32,536 bases of DNA from Actinomycetota bacterium (GTDB lineage: Bacteria > Actinomycetota > Acidimicrobiia > Acidimicrobiales > Ilumatobacteraceae): contig JBJTGN010000056.1 in NCBI GenBank assembly GCA_046093905.1, positions 1 through 32,536 on the forward strand. Reading direction: 5' to 3'. The notes under the pieces are model-generated. The model was not told the origin of the DNA, searched no databases, and saw nothing but the letters and a program-made list of their open reading frames with translations. Within the stretch, counting starts at the first letter, position 1; the number at the start of each line of letters is the position of its first letter. This document shows positions 7,781 through 15,121 of this stretch, in pieces. A program made the position numbers and the translations under genes.

Positions 7781-7868
7781 CTCGGTCCCAGAGTACAAGC
7801 GCAGAACTAGGGTGCGGTCGATGGAGTCACCTCTCGCCGCTCTCGGAGTCATCGCTTCACAAAGCGCA

Positions 7869-8495
7869 ATGGTGACCGCATCGCTTCGCCACGTCGAGTT
7901 GTTCACCCTGCGTGGACTCGTCACGTTGATGTGGCACGAAGTTCCAGCGCCGATCTCTCGCGGCCCGGGAGCGATCGTCGCATGCGGCGGTGCTATGGGA
8001 GGTCTGCTCGGACCTGCCGATGGGCTGTATCAGGAGATCGGGGAGCGATGGTCGAGTCGGGGAGTGCCCGTCGTGCGTGTGTCGTATCGACGACCGAACG
8101 ATCTCGATGCATGTTGTCTCGATGTTGCTGCTGCTGTGCAGATGACGATCGAAGCCGGAGCAGAGCGCATCGTCGTGATGGGGCACTCGTTCGGTGGTGC
8201 TGTCGCCCTGCGTGTCGGTGTGGCCATGGACGAAGCAGCGGGCGTCGTCACATTTGCCACTCAGTCAGCTGGCTGTGAGATCGCTCCTGGCTTACGCGGT
8301 CGACCTCTGCTTCTCTTCCACGGCGACAACGACGAGATCCTGCCTCTGCAGAGCAGTGAGATCGTCGCAGCCATGGCTGGGCGCGGAGATGTCGTTGTCT
8401 GTACGGGTGACGGTCATTTGCTCTCGAGAAGCGGCGCGCTGATTCTCGACCGACTCGAACAGTGGATTCCGGAGACTCTCGGACTTCCCGTTTAG
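7869..8495 (+). CDS. Alpha/beta hydrolase, dienelactone-hydrolase-like
   Basis: Start trimmed to ATG 7869 (MVTASLRHVELFTLRG). The triad candidates are VMGHSFGG (GxSxG), LLFHGDNDEILP (Asp) and GDGHLL (His). Confidence 0.75.
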   Translation: MVTASLRHVELFTLRGLVTLMWHEVPAPISRGPGAIVACGGAMGGLLGPADGLYQEIGERWSSRGVPVVRVSYRRPNDLDACCLDVAAAVQMTIEAGAERIVVMGHSFGGAVALRVGVAMDEAAGVVTFATQSAGCEIAPGLRGRPLLLFHGDNDEILPLQSSEIVAAMAGRGDVVVCTGDGHLLSRSGALILDRLEQWIPETLGLPV

Positions 8496-8523
8496 GGAAG
8501 CCGTACCCAGCGAATCAGATGGG

Positions 8524-8841
8524 TCACTCGACTCCGTCACCCGGAAGTTCCGAACCGGAATCTTCCATGTCGGGGTTCTGCGAGCGGTAGTACTCCCACT
8601 CCTCGATGCGTGTTCCGTCGGGGAGGGTGCAGTAACCGACTTGACCATCAGCCTCGTCGACGATTTCCAGAGTTCCGCCTTGCTCGACGCAGAACACGGA
8701 AGCTGGGTTGGCGATCTGGGACGTGTCGTCGGAGCCCGACGTCGGCTCCGTGGTCGACGGCGAGTCGCTACCGCCGCACGCTGCGGCGAATGGCATGATG
8801 CCGGCGATCACGACGATCATCGAATGACGGCGAATGTTCAT
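8524..8841 (-). CDS. DUF333-family lipoprotein (putative hemolysin-like domain)
   Basis: ATG 8841 is preceded by AAGGAG at 6-nt spacing. Signal peptide with lipobox: MNIRRHSMIVVIAGIMPFAAAC. The DUF333 signature is NPASVFCVEQGG...GYCTLPDGTRIEEWEYYR. Confidence 0.8.
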   Translation of the reverse strand: MNIRRHSMIVVIAGIMPFAAACGGSDSPSTTEPTSGSDDTSQIANPASVFCVEQGGTLEIVDEADGQVGYCTLPDGTRIEEWEYYRSQNPDMEDSGSELPGDGVE

Positions 8842-8875
8842 GTCGGCTCCTTTCACCCGTACCGGCGGTACGAAG

Positions 8876-8951
8876 TGGAGCCCGAGAGGAGAATCGAACT
8901 CCTGACCTACGCATTACGAGTGCGTTGCTCTACCGACTGAGCTACCCGGGC
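8876..8951 (-). tRNA. tRNA-Thr (anticodon CGT), 76 nt, CCA encoded
   Basis: The reverse complement is GCCCGGGTAGCTCAGTCGGTAGAGCAACGCACTCGTAATGCGTAGGTCAGGAGTTCGATTCTCCTCTCGGGCTCCA. It gives a clean cloverleaf: 7-bp acceptor (one G:U), D arm GCTC/GAGC, anticodon stem ACGCA/TGCGT with loop CT-CGT-AA, and T arm AGGAG-TTCGATT-CTCCT. Confidence 0.95.
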
Positions 8952-9027
8952 AATGGACGCTCATGTTACCGGTTGAGTCTCGGGCGAACCATTCGCTGAA
9001 TGATCGGCCATTCGACAACCCGGTCCT

Positions 9028-10536
9028 TCAACGTCCGAGCCGAGAATGAACGGGGTGTCGGGGTTCGGGAACGTCGATACCTGCGCTGCGGAGCAGAATG
9101 TCGATCTCTTCGATGTGGTAGTCCGCGAGAGTCCACAGATCCGGGACGAGGTCACGTGCAGCCACGAGGCCGAAATCGAGGCGGTCGAGACAACTGTGAA
9201 CAGTGATGTTCAAACCCATTCCATCGGTCACGATCGAGATCGGAATGTACTGATCGAGTCGAGCCCCCGCGAAGTAGCGCGGCTGTCGAGGACCGGGAAC
9301 ATTCGAGACGACGACATTTGTTGGGAGATTGATTCGGTCTGCGAGACGAAGTCGAGATGCAAGACGAAGTGCCGCAGTCGAAATGACCGGAGAGGTGGCC
9401 TGAGTTCCCTCGGAGATCGTGTCTGCCGGTATCAACTCGAATTGCCTCTTTGCGTCTTCCATTGCAACTTGGCACAGACGAACGCGCTCGAGAGGATCGT
9501 CGGCGAGAGTCGGCAGTTCAGCCACGATCGCCGAAACTCGGGTACTCCATGGATCGTCTTCGTCCCCCGTTCGAATCGAGACGGGCACCATGGCGCGCAG
9601 TTCGCGATTGGGCAGAGCGTTCTTGTCGATCAAGTATCGACGCAGTGCACCCGAGCACACGGCCATGACGACATCGTTGACTGTTCCGCCGGTTGCGTCC
9701 TTGAGAAGTTTGATGTTGCTGATCCATGTCGAGCGCATGGCGAAGCGTCGATGTGCGGTGATCGTGCGATTCCACGGTGTGGGCGGCGCTGGACTGAGAG
9801 GAAGGCGAACACGTCTTTCGTTCTCGGGTCTCGCCGATTCGGAACGACCGACACGCCGAACGCTGCGTCGAAGTTGCGCAGCTGCCTGTCCGACACCGGA
9901 GGCGCCGACCATGTCCGCGAGAGCCTGCCCGAGTCGCAGTTGCAGTCGCATTGCCTTCACTGGATTGGCGGCGAGCGACGTGAACGTGCGTTGCAGCAGT
10001 TCGATCGGGCTCGGAATCGGCTCGGGTTCCCACGGGACGGGATCCGGATACTCGGGCGAATCGGGTTCGGACTCGGTGAGCATGTTCAACAGAAGCATTC
10101 CCGCTGCACCATCGATCGTTGCATGGTGGAGTTTGGTGAGCATCGCCCATCGACCGTCAGCGAGTCCTTCGATGACATAGACCTCCCACAGCGGACGAGT
10201 TCGATCCATCGGTCGTCCGATGATGCGCGCCACTTGTTCAGCGAGTTGATCATCGGCTCCTGGCGGCGCGAGACCGAGATGGCGAATGTGGTAGTCCAGA
10301 TCGAAATCTGGATCGTCGACCCAATAAGGATGATCGAGGCCGAAAGGAACTTCCACGAGGCGCCGGCGCAACGGCTCGGCGCGTCCGATCATCGAGCCGA
10401 ACTTTCGACGGACTGCCTCGAAGGGATCGAAGTCGTGGGACGGACGCGTGTAGATCGCGAGACCGTTCACATGACCGAAGGTCGTGGGAGTTTCCAGGTA
10501 CAGAAAACTTGCGTCGAGACCGGCCAACTGACGCAT
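9028..10536 (-). CDS. Wax ester synthase/diacylglycerol acyltransferase (WS/DGAT)
   Basis: Active-site HHATIDGAAG (HHxxxDG) and the C-terminal NVPGP motif are present. Start set to ATG 10536 (MRQLAGLDASFLYLE), with GAAGG upstream. GTG 10548 is the alternative. Confidence 0.9.
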   Translation of the reverse strand: MRQLAGLDASFLYLETPTTFGHVNGLAIYTRPSHDFDPFEAVRRKFGSMIGRAEPLRRRLVEVPFGLDHPYWVDDPDFDLDYHIRHLGLAPPGADDQLAEQVARIIGRPMDRTRPLWEVYVIEGLADGRWAMLTKLHHATIDGAAGMLLLNMLTESEPDSPEYPDPVPWEPEPIPSPIELLQRTFTSLAANPVKAMRLQLRLGQALADMVGASGVGQAAAQLRRSVRRVGRSESARPENERRVRLPLSPAPPTPWNRTITAHRRFAMRSTWISNIKLLKDATGGTVNDVVMAVCSGALRRYLIDKNALPNRELRAMVPVSIRTGDEDDPWSTRVSAIVAELPTLADDPLERVRLCQVAMEDAKRQFELIPADTISEGTQATSPVISTAALRLASRLRLADRINLPTNVVVSNVPGPRQPRYFAGARLDQYIPISIVTDGMGLNITVHSCLDRLDFGLVAARDLVPDLWTLADYHIEEIDILLRSAGIDVPEPRHPVHSRLGR

Positions 10537-10550
10537 GGCGAAACCCACCT

Positions 10551-10577
10551 TCGGAGCCGACCCCCCGCCGGCTCTGG
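10551..10577 (-). terminator. Hairpin between the holB stop and the WS/DGAT start
   Basis: 9-bp stem with two G:U pairs (core GAGCCG/CGGCTC) and a C-rich 9-nt loop. On the minus strand its 3' arm runs into the GAAGG SD of the WS/DGAT gene. No U-tract. The role (terminator or SD occlusion) is inferred. Confidence 0.25.
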
Positions 10578-10584
10578 GCTGACG

Positions 10585-11688
10585 TTACACCGTGATGTTG
10601 GGCAGGGACAGAAGAAGATTTTCGAGAAGTAGCCGCTCGTTGACATTTCGCCCGAGAGCGACACTGGCATCTCGAATGCGCTTGACCGCTCGGACGTAGG
10701 CGTCTGTTTGGTGATGGGCTGTCTCCTCGGTGGCCTTTTGCAAGGCGGTCCCGTATGCAATGGTCAGCAGACGAAGGCCGGAGCGAAATTCATCCGTTCG
10801 ATGTCGACGCACCTCGCGTTTGTGACGCTCCTCGAGTTTCCGCCTTCCACTGCCCCGTTCGCCGAACTCACGCTCGCGTTCGACGAGAACCTTCATCTCG
10901 AGGTCGTGTTTGGCTGCGAGAGGCGACATCGCTTCTTCGACGGCATCGATGATTTCGCTGACGATGTCGAGAACCCGTGACGCAGTGCCGTCGAGACGTT
11001 GCGGAATGCGCGTGAACAGATCCATTCGTTCCTGAAGGGCGGGGTCGGTGGCGAGAATGCGAGCTCGGTCGAGGTCGCCGGCAGCAACGACAGCCAGGCG
11101 ATCCGCTGTCGTGCGATCGACGCCTTCGGCGGTGAGCGTCTCCACGACGACGGAGTCAGACAGTTCGCGAAAGTCGATGCGAACGCACCGAGAGACGATT
11201 GTTGCCAGATGTTCGGGAACATCGTCGAGGAGAAGATCGATCATGGTCGTTTCTGCCGGCTCTTCGATCGTCTTGAGAACAGTCGAGCGGGCGTCGTCCT
11301 GAAGCAGATGGAAGTCATTGACGATGATCACGCGCAAAGGCGCCTCGACCGGAGATTGCACAGCAGCTGGAATGAACTCCTCGCGAATCTGATCGATGAG
11401 GATTCCAGCTCCCTCGCGTTCCATCTCGTGGACATCTGGATGAATTCCGCGCAGCACGAGATCTGCAGTGCGTCCAGTTGCACTCTCGTTGCCCTGGAGT
11501 TTCGCTGCGACGAAGGCGCGCGCAGCTGTGCGCTTTCCACATCCGGGTGGTCCGACGAACATGAAGGCATGAGCCGGGGAGCTCACGAGCGCACGCAGCT
11601 TTCGAATTGCGGCGTCCTGGCCGACGACGACGTCGTAGACCGAACCCGAATTCATGGCGGAACCTGCCGTAGCGTTCGACGCGTTCAT
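10585..11688 (-). CDS. holB: DNA polymerase III subunit delta-prime
   Basis: Start trimmed to ATG 11688, a TGATG overlap with the tmk stop. FMFVGPPGCGKRTAARAF is the AAA+ P-loop. The order topA-tmk-holB-tRNA-Thr is typical of Actinobacteria. Confidence 0.85.
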   Translation of the reverse strand: MNASNATAGSAMNSGSVYDVVVGQDAAIRKLRALVSSPAHAFMFVGPPGCGKRTAARAFVAAKLQGNESATGRTADLVLRGIHPDVHEMEREGAGILIDQIREEFIPAAVQSPVEAPLRVIIVNDFHLLQDDARSTVLKTIEEPAETTMIDLLLDDVPEHLATIVSRCVRIDFRELSDSVVVETLTAEGVDRTTADRLAVVAAGDLDRARILATDPALQERMDLFTRIPQRLDGTASRVLDIVSEIIDAVEEAMSPLAAKHDLEMKVLVEREREFGERGSGRRKLEERHKREVRRHRTDEFRSGLRLLTIAYGTALQKATEETAHHQTDAYVRAVKRIRDASVALGRNVNERLLLENLLLSLPNITV

Positions 11689-12311
11689 CACAGGCCCAGA
11701 CGGCCGGCAACGGTGTTCCACACTTCGGCGGCGATGTCGTCTCGTGATGCCATTGCGTCGATGACGACCCATTGGCTCGGATCCATCTCGGCCATCAGAT
11801 GAAATCCGTTTCGAACGCGAAGGAAGAACGATTCGTCCTCTTGTTCGAAACGATCGAGATGACGGCTCCGAAGACGGCGCATGGCTTCGACGTGAGAGAT
11901 GTCGAGAAGGATGACGAGGTCCGGCCAGCGACCTCCGAGCGCCCAGTCATTGACGGTTCGGACCATGTCGAGTGGAAGCTCACGTCCGTATCCCTGGTAG
12001 GCGATTGTCGAGTGAACGCTGCGGTCGCTCACCACGAGACGTCCGGCGGCAAGTGCTGGTGAGAGAACCTCTGCTCGGTGCTGCGCTCGGTCACCGGCAA
12101 TCAGGAGCGCTTCGGCGATGGAATCGAGATTGGTGTTCGTCGGGTCGTGAAGGACATCGCGAATTCGCGCACCAATCGAGGTTCCACCCGTTTCGCGCGT
12201 CGCGACGACATCGCAACCTGCTGCTGTGAGGCGTTCAGCGAGAGCGATTGCCTGCGTCGACTTGCCACATCCCTCGATTCCCTCGAAAGCGATGTACGCG
12301 AGACCCGTCAC
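11688..12311 (-). CDS. tmk: Thymidylate kinase
   Basis: IAFEGIEGCGKSTQ P-loop and DRSVHSTIAYQG. GTG start in a GTGA overlap with the topA stop. Confidence 0.9.
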   Translation of the reverse strand: MTGLAYIAFEGIEGCGKSTQAIALAERLTAAGCDVVATRETGGTSIGARIRDVLHDPTNTNLDSIAEALLIAGDRAQHRAEVLSPALAAGRLVVSDRSVHSTIAYQGYGRELPLDMVRTVNDWALGGRWPDLVILLDISHVEAMRRLRSRHLDRFEQEDESFFLRVRNGFHLMAEMDPSQWVVIDAMASRDDIAAEVWNTVAGRLGL

Positions 12312-15088
12312 GGCTCCGTGGACGTCACTTTCTCATCGGCGTCAGCATCGGCGGAGTCGGCCTTGCTCGCTGCCGCCTTTTCCGCGGCGGTCTTTCGCGG
12401 AGCCGCCTTCTTTGCAGCTGCCTTCTTGGCAGGGGTCTTCTTGGCGGCGGCTTTCTTCGCCGGAGCCTTCTTCGCTGCCGCCTTCTTCGCGGTGCCTTTG
12501 GACTTTGGTGTGATCCCTTTGTCAGCCATGTATTCACGGCGCAGGACGAGCAGTTCGAATGCTCGCTCCGGAAGCATGTCCTCCACGCGATCTCCGCGGC
12601 CGAGAGATGCGTTGATTTCTCCGTCGGTCACATACGTTCCGAACTTGCCGTCCTTTGCGACAACGGGCCGACCGCTCACCGGGTCGGTTCCGAATTCTCG
12701 CAATGGTCCGCTGTTTGGATTGCGCCCTCGTCGGTACACCTTGGGGAGCGAATAGATCGCGAGTGCCTGATCGAGCGTGATCGTCAGCAACTGCTCTTCG
12801 TTTTCGAGAGTGCGATAGTCCTTGCCCTTTTGCAGGTACGGACCGTATTTGCCGTTCTGAGCGACGATCGGTTCGTTGTCCGAGGGATCGATGCCAACTG
12901 TGCGAGGCAGGCTGAGAAGCTGCGTTGCCTCCTCCATCGTCATCCGCTCGAGAACCATTGTCTTGAACAGACTCACCATCTTCGGCTTCGGCATTCCGAG
13001 CGGCGGCTCCTCCATCGTTCCCCATTGGACATAGGGGCCGAATCGACCGTTCTTCAGAAAGACCGGATGGCCATCGATTTCCCCGATGGGCTCGTCGTTC
13101 TTCGGAAGAGCGAGAAGCCGCAGAGCTTCGTCGAGTGTCAGCTCATCGGGCGTGAGTGACTCGGGGACGGCTGCGTTCTCGTCACCGCGCTTGACGTACG
13201 GTCCGTATTTTCCGGGTTTGACTGCAACGACTTCTCCCGTGCCCGGATCAGCGCCAAGTGTGAACGAGTTGATCGCTGCTGCATCGATTTCTGCGATGTT
13301 CTGTTCGATCAGTCGCTTGAGGCCGAGTTCGAGCGATGTGCTGGCATCGGATGATTCATCCGTGCCGAAGTAGAAGTTTCGCAACCAGGTGTCCTTGGCG
13401 AGGTGCTTCTGGGCGATTTCGTCGAGGTCTTCTTCGACACCGGCGGTGAACTGGTAGTCGACGAGACGTCCGAAGTGCTGCTCGAGAAGATTCACGACAG
13501 CGAATGCAGTCCATGTCGGGACGAGAGCCTGACCCTTCTTCCACACGTACCCGCGATCCTGCACGGTTTGGATGATCGACGCCCACGTCGACGGGCGGCC
13601 GATGCCGAGTTCCTCGAGCTTCTTGACGATCGACGCTTCTGTGTAACGAGCCGGAGGAGACGTGTCGTGTCCACCCGGTTCGAGTGAAGAAACAGGAACG
13701 CGATCACCAACGCTCAGAAGAGGAAGGAGTGCTTCGGTTTCGGCAGCGTCCGCATCCTCGTCACGTGATTCCTCGTACGCGCGCCGATGTCCCGGGAATG
13801 TGATCGTGGTTCCACTGGCCGAGAATTCGCAGTCGGCCTGAGGATTCGCAGCGGATGCTGGAGCAACGGCTCCGAGTCGAATCGACACGGTCACACCATT
13901 GGCATCAGGCATCTGTGACGCGAGAGTTCTTTGCCAAATGAGGCGATACAGCGCAAGGTCCGGTCCACTCAGTTGGGAAGCGACTGATTCGGGGCTTCGC
14001 AGAGGCAGAGTCGGACGGATGGCTTCGTGAGCTTCTTGGGCGTTCTTGACCTTCTTCGTGTAGAGACGCGGCGCAGAGGGGACATAGTCCGTGCCGTAGT
14101 CGGTTCGGATCTGCTGGCGGACGGCATCGATTGCCTCGTCGGCGAGAGTGACCGAGTCGGTTCGCATGTAGGTGATGAAGCCGCGCTCATAGAGACCTTG
14201 AGCAGTGCGCATCGTCTGTTGAGCGGACAAGCGGAGTTTGCGACCCGCTTCCTGTTGCAGAGTGCTCGTCATGAACGGCGCCTTCGGTGACGAGCGATAC
14301 GGCTTGTCCTCGACCGACCGAACAGTGACAGCAGCATCCGACAGACGGTCGACGAGATCGAGGGTGAAGTCCTGCGACAGAACGACGACGTCGTCCTTCG
14401 GTCGACCGAAGCTGTCGAAATCCTTGCCGGTTGCGATTCGGCGGCCGTCGATCTCGAGGAGCGCTGCCTTGAAGGTCGGTGACGTGGCAGACAGCAGATC
14501 GATGCCCCAATACGACGCCGAAACGAAAGCGATTCGTTCGCGCTCTCGCTCGACGATCAGTCGTACTGTCGGGCTCTGCACACGGCCGGCAGACAGTCCG
14601 CGATTGACCTTGCGCCACAGAACCGGTGACACCTCGTAGCCGAACAGACGGTCGAGGATTCGCCGAGTCTCAGCAGCGTCGACGAGCCCATAGTCGAGGT
14701 CGCGCGGAGTGGCGAAGGCATGATCGATGGCCGTCTTTGTGATTTCGTGGAAGACGACTCGGTGCACCGGAGTTCCCGGTTTCACTGCCGACTTGAGGTT
14801 TTCGATCAAGTGCCAGCTGATGGCTTCGCCTTCGCGGTCTTCGTCCGTTGCGAGGTAGACCGCGCTCGCTTCTTTCACGAGTCGCTTCAGATCCTTGACG
14901 ACTTTGGCGCCACGCTCAGTCAGTTCGTAGGTCGGCTTGAAGTGATTGTCGACATCGACAGCCAGTCCTTTCGACGGCAAGTCGGCGACATGGCCCACCG
15001 AAGCCTGCACCTCGTACTCGGAACCGAGAAACGAAGCGATGGTCTTCGCCTTGGCTGGCGACTCGACGATGACAAGTGGCTTTGACAT
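12308..15088 (-). CDS. topA: DNA topoisomerase I (type IA), actinobacterial type with a Lys/Ala-rich C-terminal tail
   Basis: 926 aa. Toprim start MSKPLVIVESPAKAKTI. Four C-terminal GKYGPY-type repeats (KPGKYGPYVKRG, KNGRFGPYVQWG, QNGKYGPYLQKG, KDGKFGTYVTDG) and no Cys4 zinc fingers. The tail reads AKKAAAKKAPAKKAAAKKTPAKKAAAKKAAPRK. Confidence 0.95.
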   Translation of the reverse strand: MSKPLVIVESPAKAKTIASFLGSEYEVQASVGHVADLPSKGLAVDVDNHFKPTYELTERGAKVVKDLKRLVKEASAVYLATDEDREGEAISWHLIENLKSAVKPGTPVHRVVFHEITKTAIDHAFATPRDLDYGLVDAAETRRILDRLFGYEVSPVLWRKVNRGLSAGRVQSPTVRLIVERERERIAFVSASYWGIDLLSATSPTFKAALLEIDGRRIATGKDFDSFGRPKDDVVVLSQDFTLDLVDRLSDAAVTVRSVEDKPYRSSPKAPFMTSTLQQEAGRKLRLSAQQTMRTAQGLYERGFITYMRTDSVTLADEAIDAVRQQIRTDYGTDYVPSAPRLYTKKVKNAQEAHEAIRPTLPLRSPESVASQLSGPDLALYRLIWQRTLASQMPDANGVTVSIRLGAVAPASAANPQADCEFSASGTTITFPGHRRAYEESRDEDADAAETEALLPLLSVGDRVPVSSLEPGGHDTSPPARYTEASIVKKLEELGIGRPSTWASIIQTVQDRGYVWKKGQALVPTWTAFAVVNLLEQHFGRLVDYQFTAGVEEDLDEIAQKHLAKDTWLRNFYFGTDESSDASTSLELGLKRLIEQNIAEIDAAAINSFTLGADPGTGEVVAVKPGKYGPYVKRGDENAAVPESLTPDELTLDEALRLLALPKNDEPIGEIDGHPVFLKNGRFGPYVQWGTMEEPPLGMPKPKMVSLFKTMVLERMTMEEATQLLSLPRTVGIDPSDNEPIVAQNGKYGPYLQKGKDYRTLENEEQLLTITLDQALAIYSLPKVYRRGRNPNSGPLREFGTDPVSGRPVVAKDGKFGTYVTDGEINASLGRGDRVEDMLPERAFELLVLRREYMADKGITPKSKGTAKKAAAKKAPAKKAAAKKTPAKKAAAKKAAPRKTAAEKAAASKADSADADADEKVTSTEP

Positions 15089-15121
15089 ATATATGGCGTT
15101 ACTACATCACCGGTGGTCGAA

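Noticed and set aside
7244-9027. Possible genomic islet next to tRNA-Thr (DUF333 lipoprotein, dienelactone-hydrolase-like gene, marR)
   Set aside because: There is no integrase or transposase, and I could find no direct repeat of the tRNA-Thr 3' end by eye. Composition and codon style look like the flanks. The holB-tRNA-Thr junction is a conserved actinobacterial arrangement. A rigorous repeat search was not possible by eye.
9046-10632. 528-aa ORF on the plus strand, the second-longest ORF in this part of the window
   Set aside because: It is antisense to the WS/DGAT gene, whose frame carries the family's diagnostic HHxxxDG and NVPGP motifs. The plus-strand product is Arg/Ser/Gly/Asp-rich low-information sequence with no recognisable motif. 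This is a typical stop-poor shadow frame of a high-GC gene.
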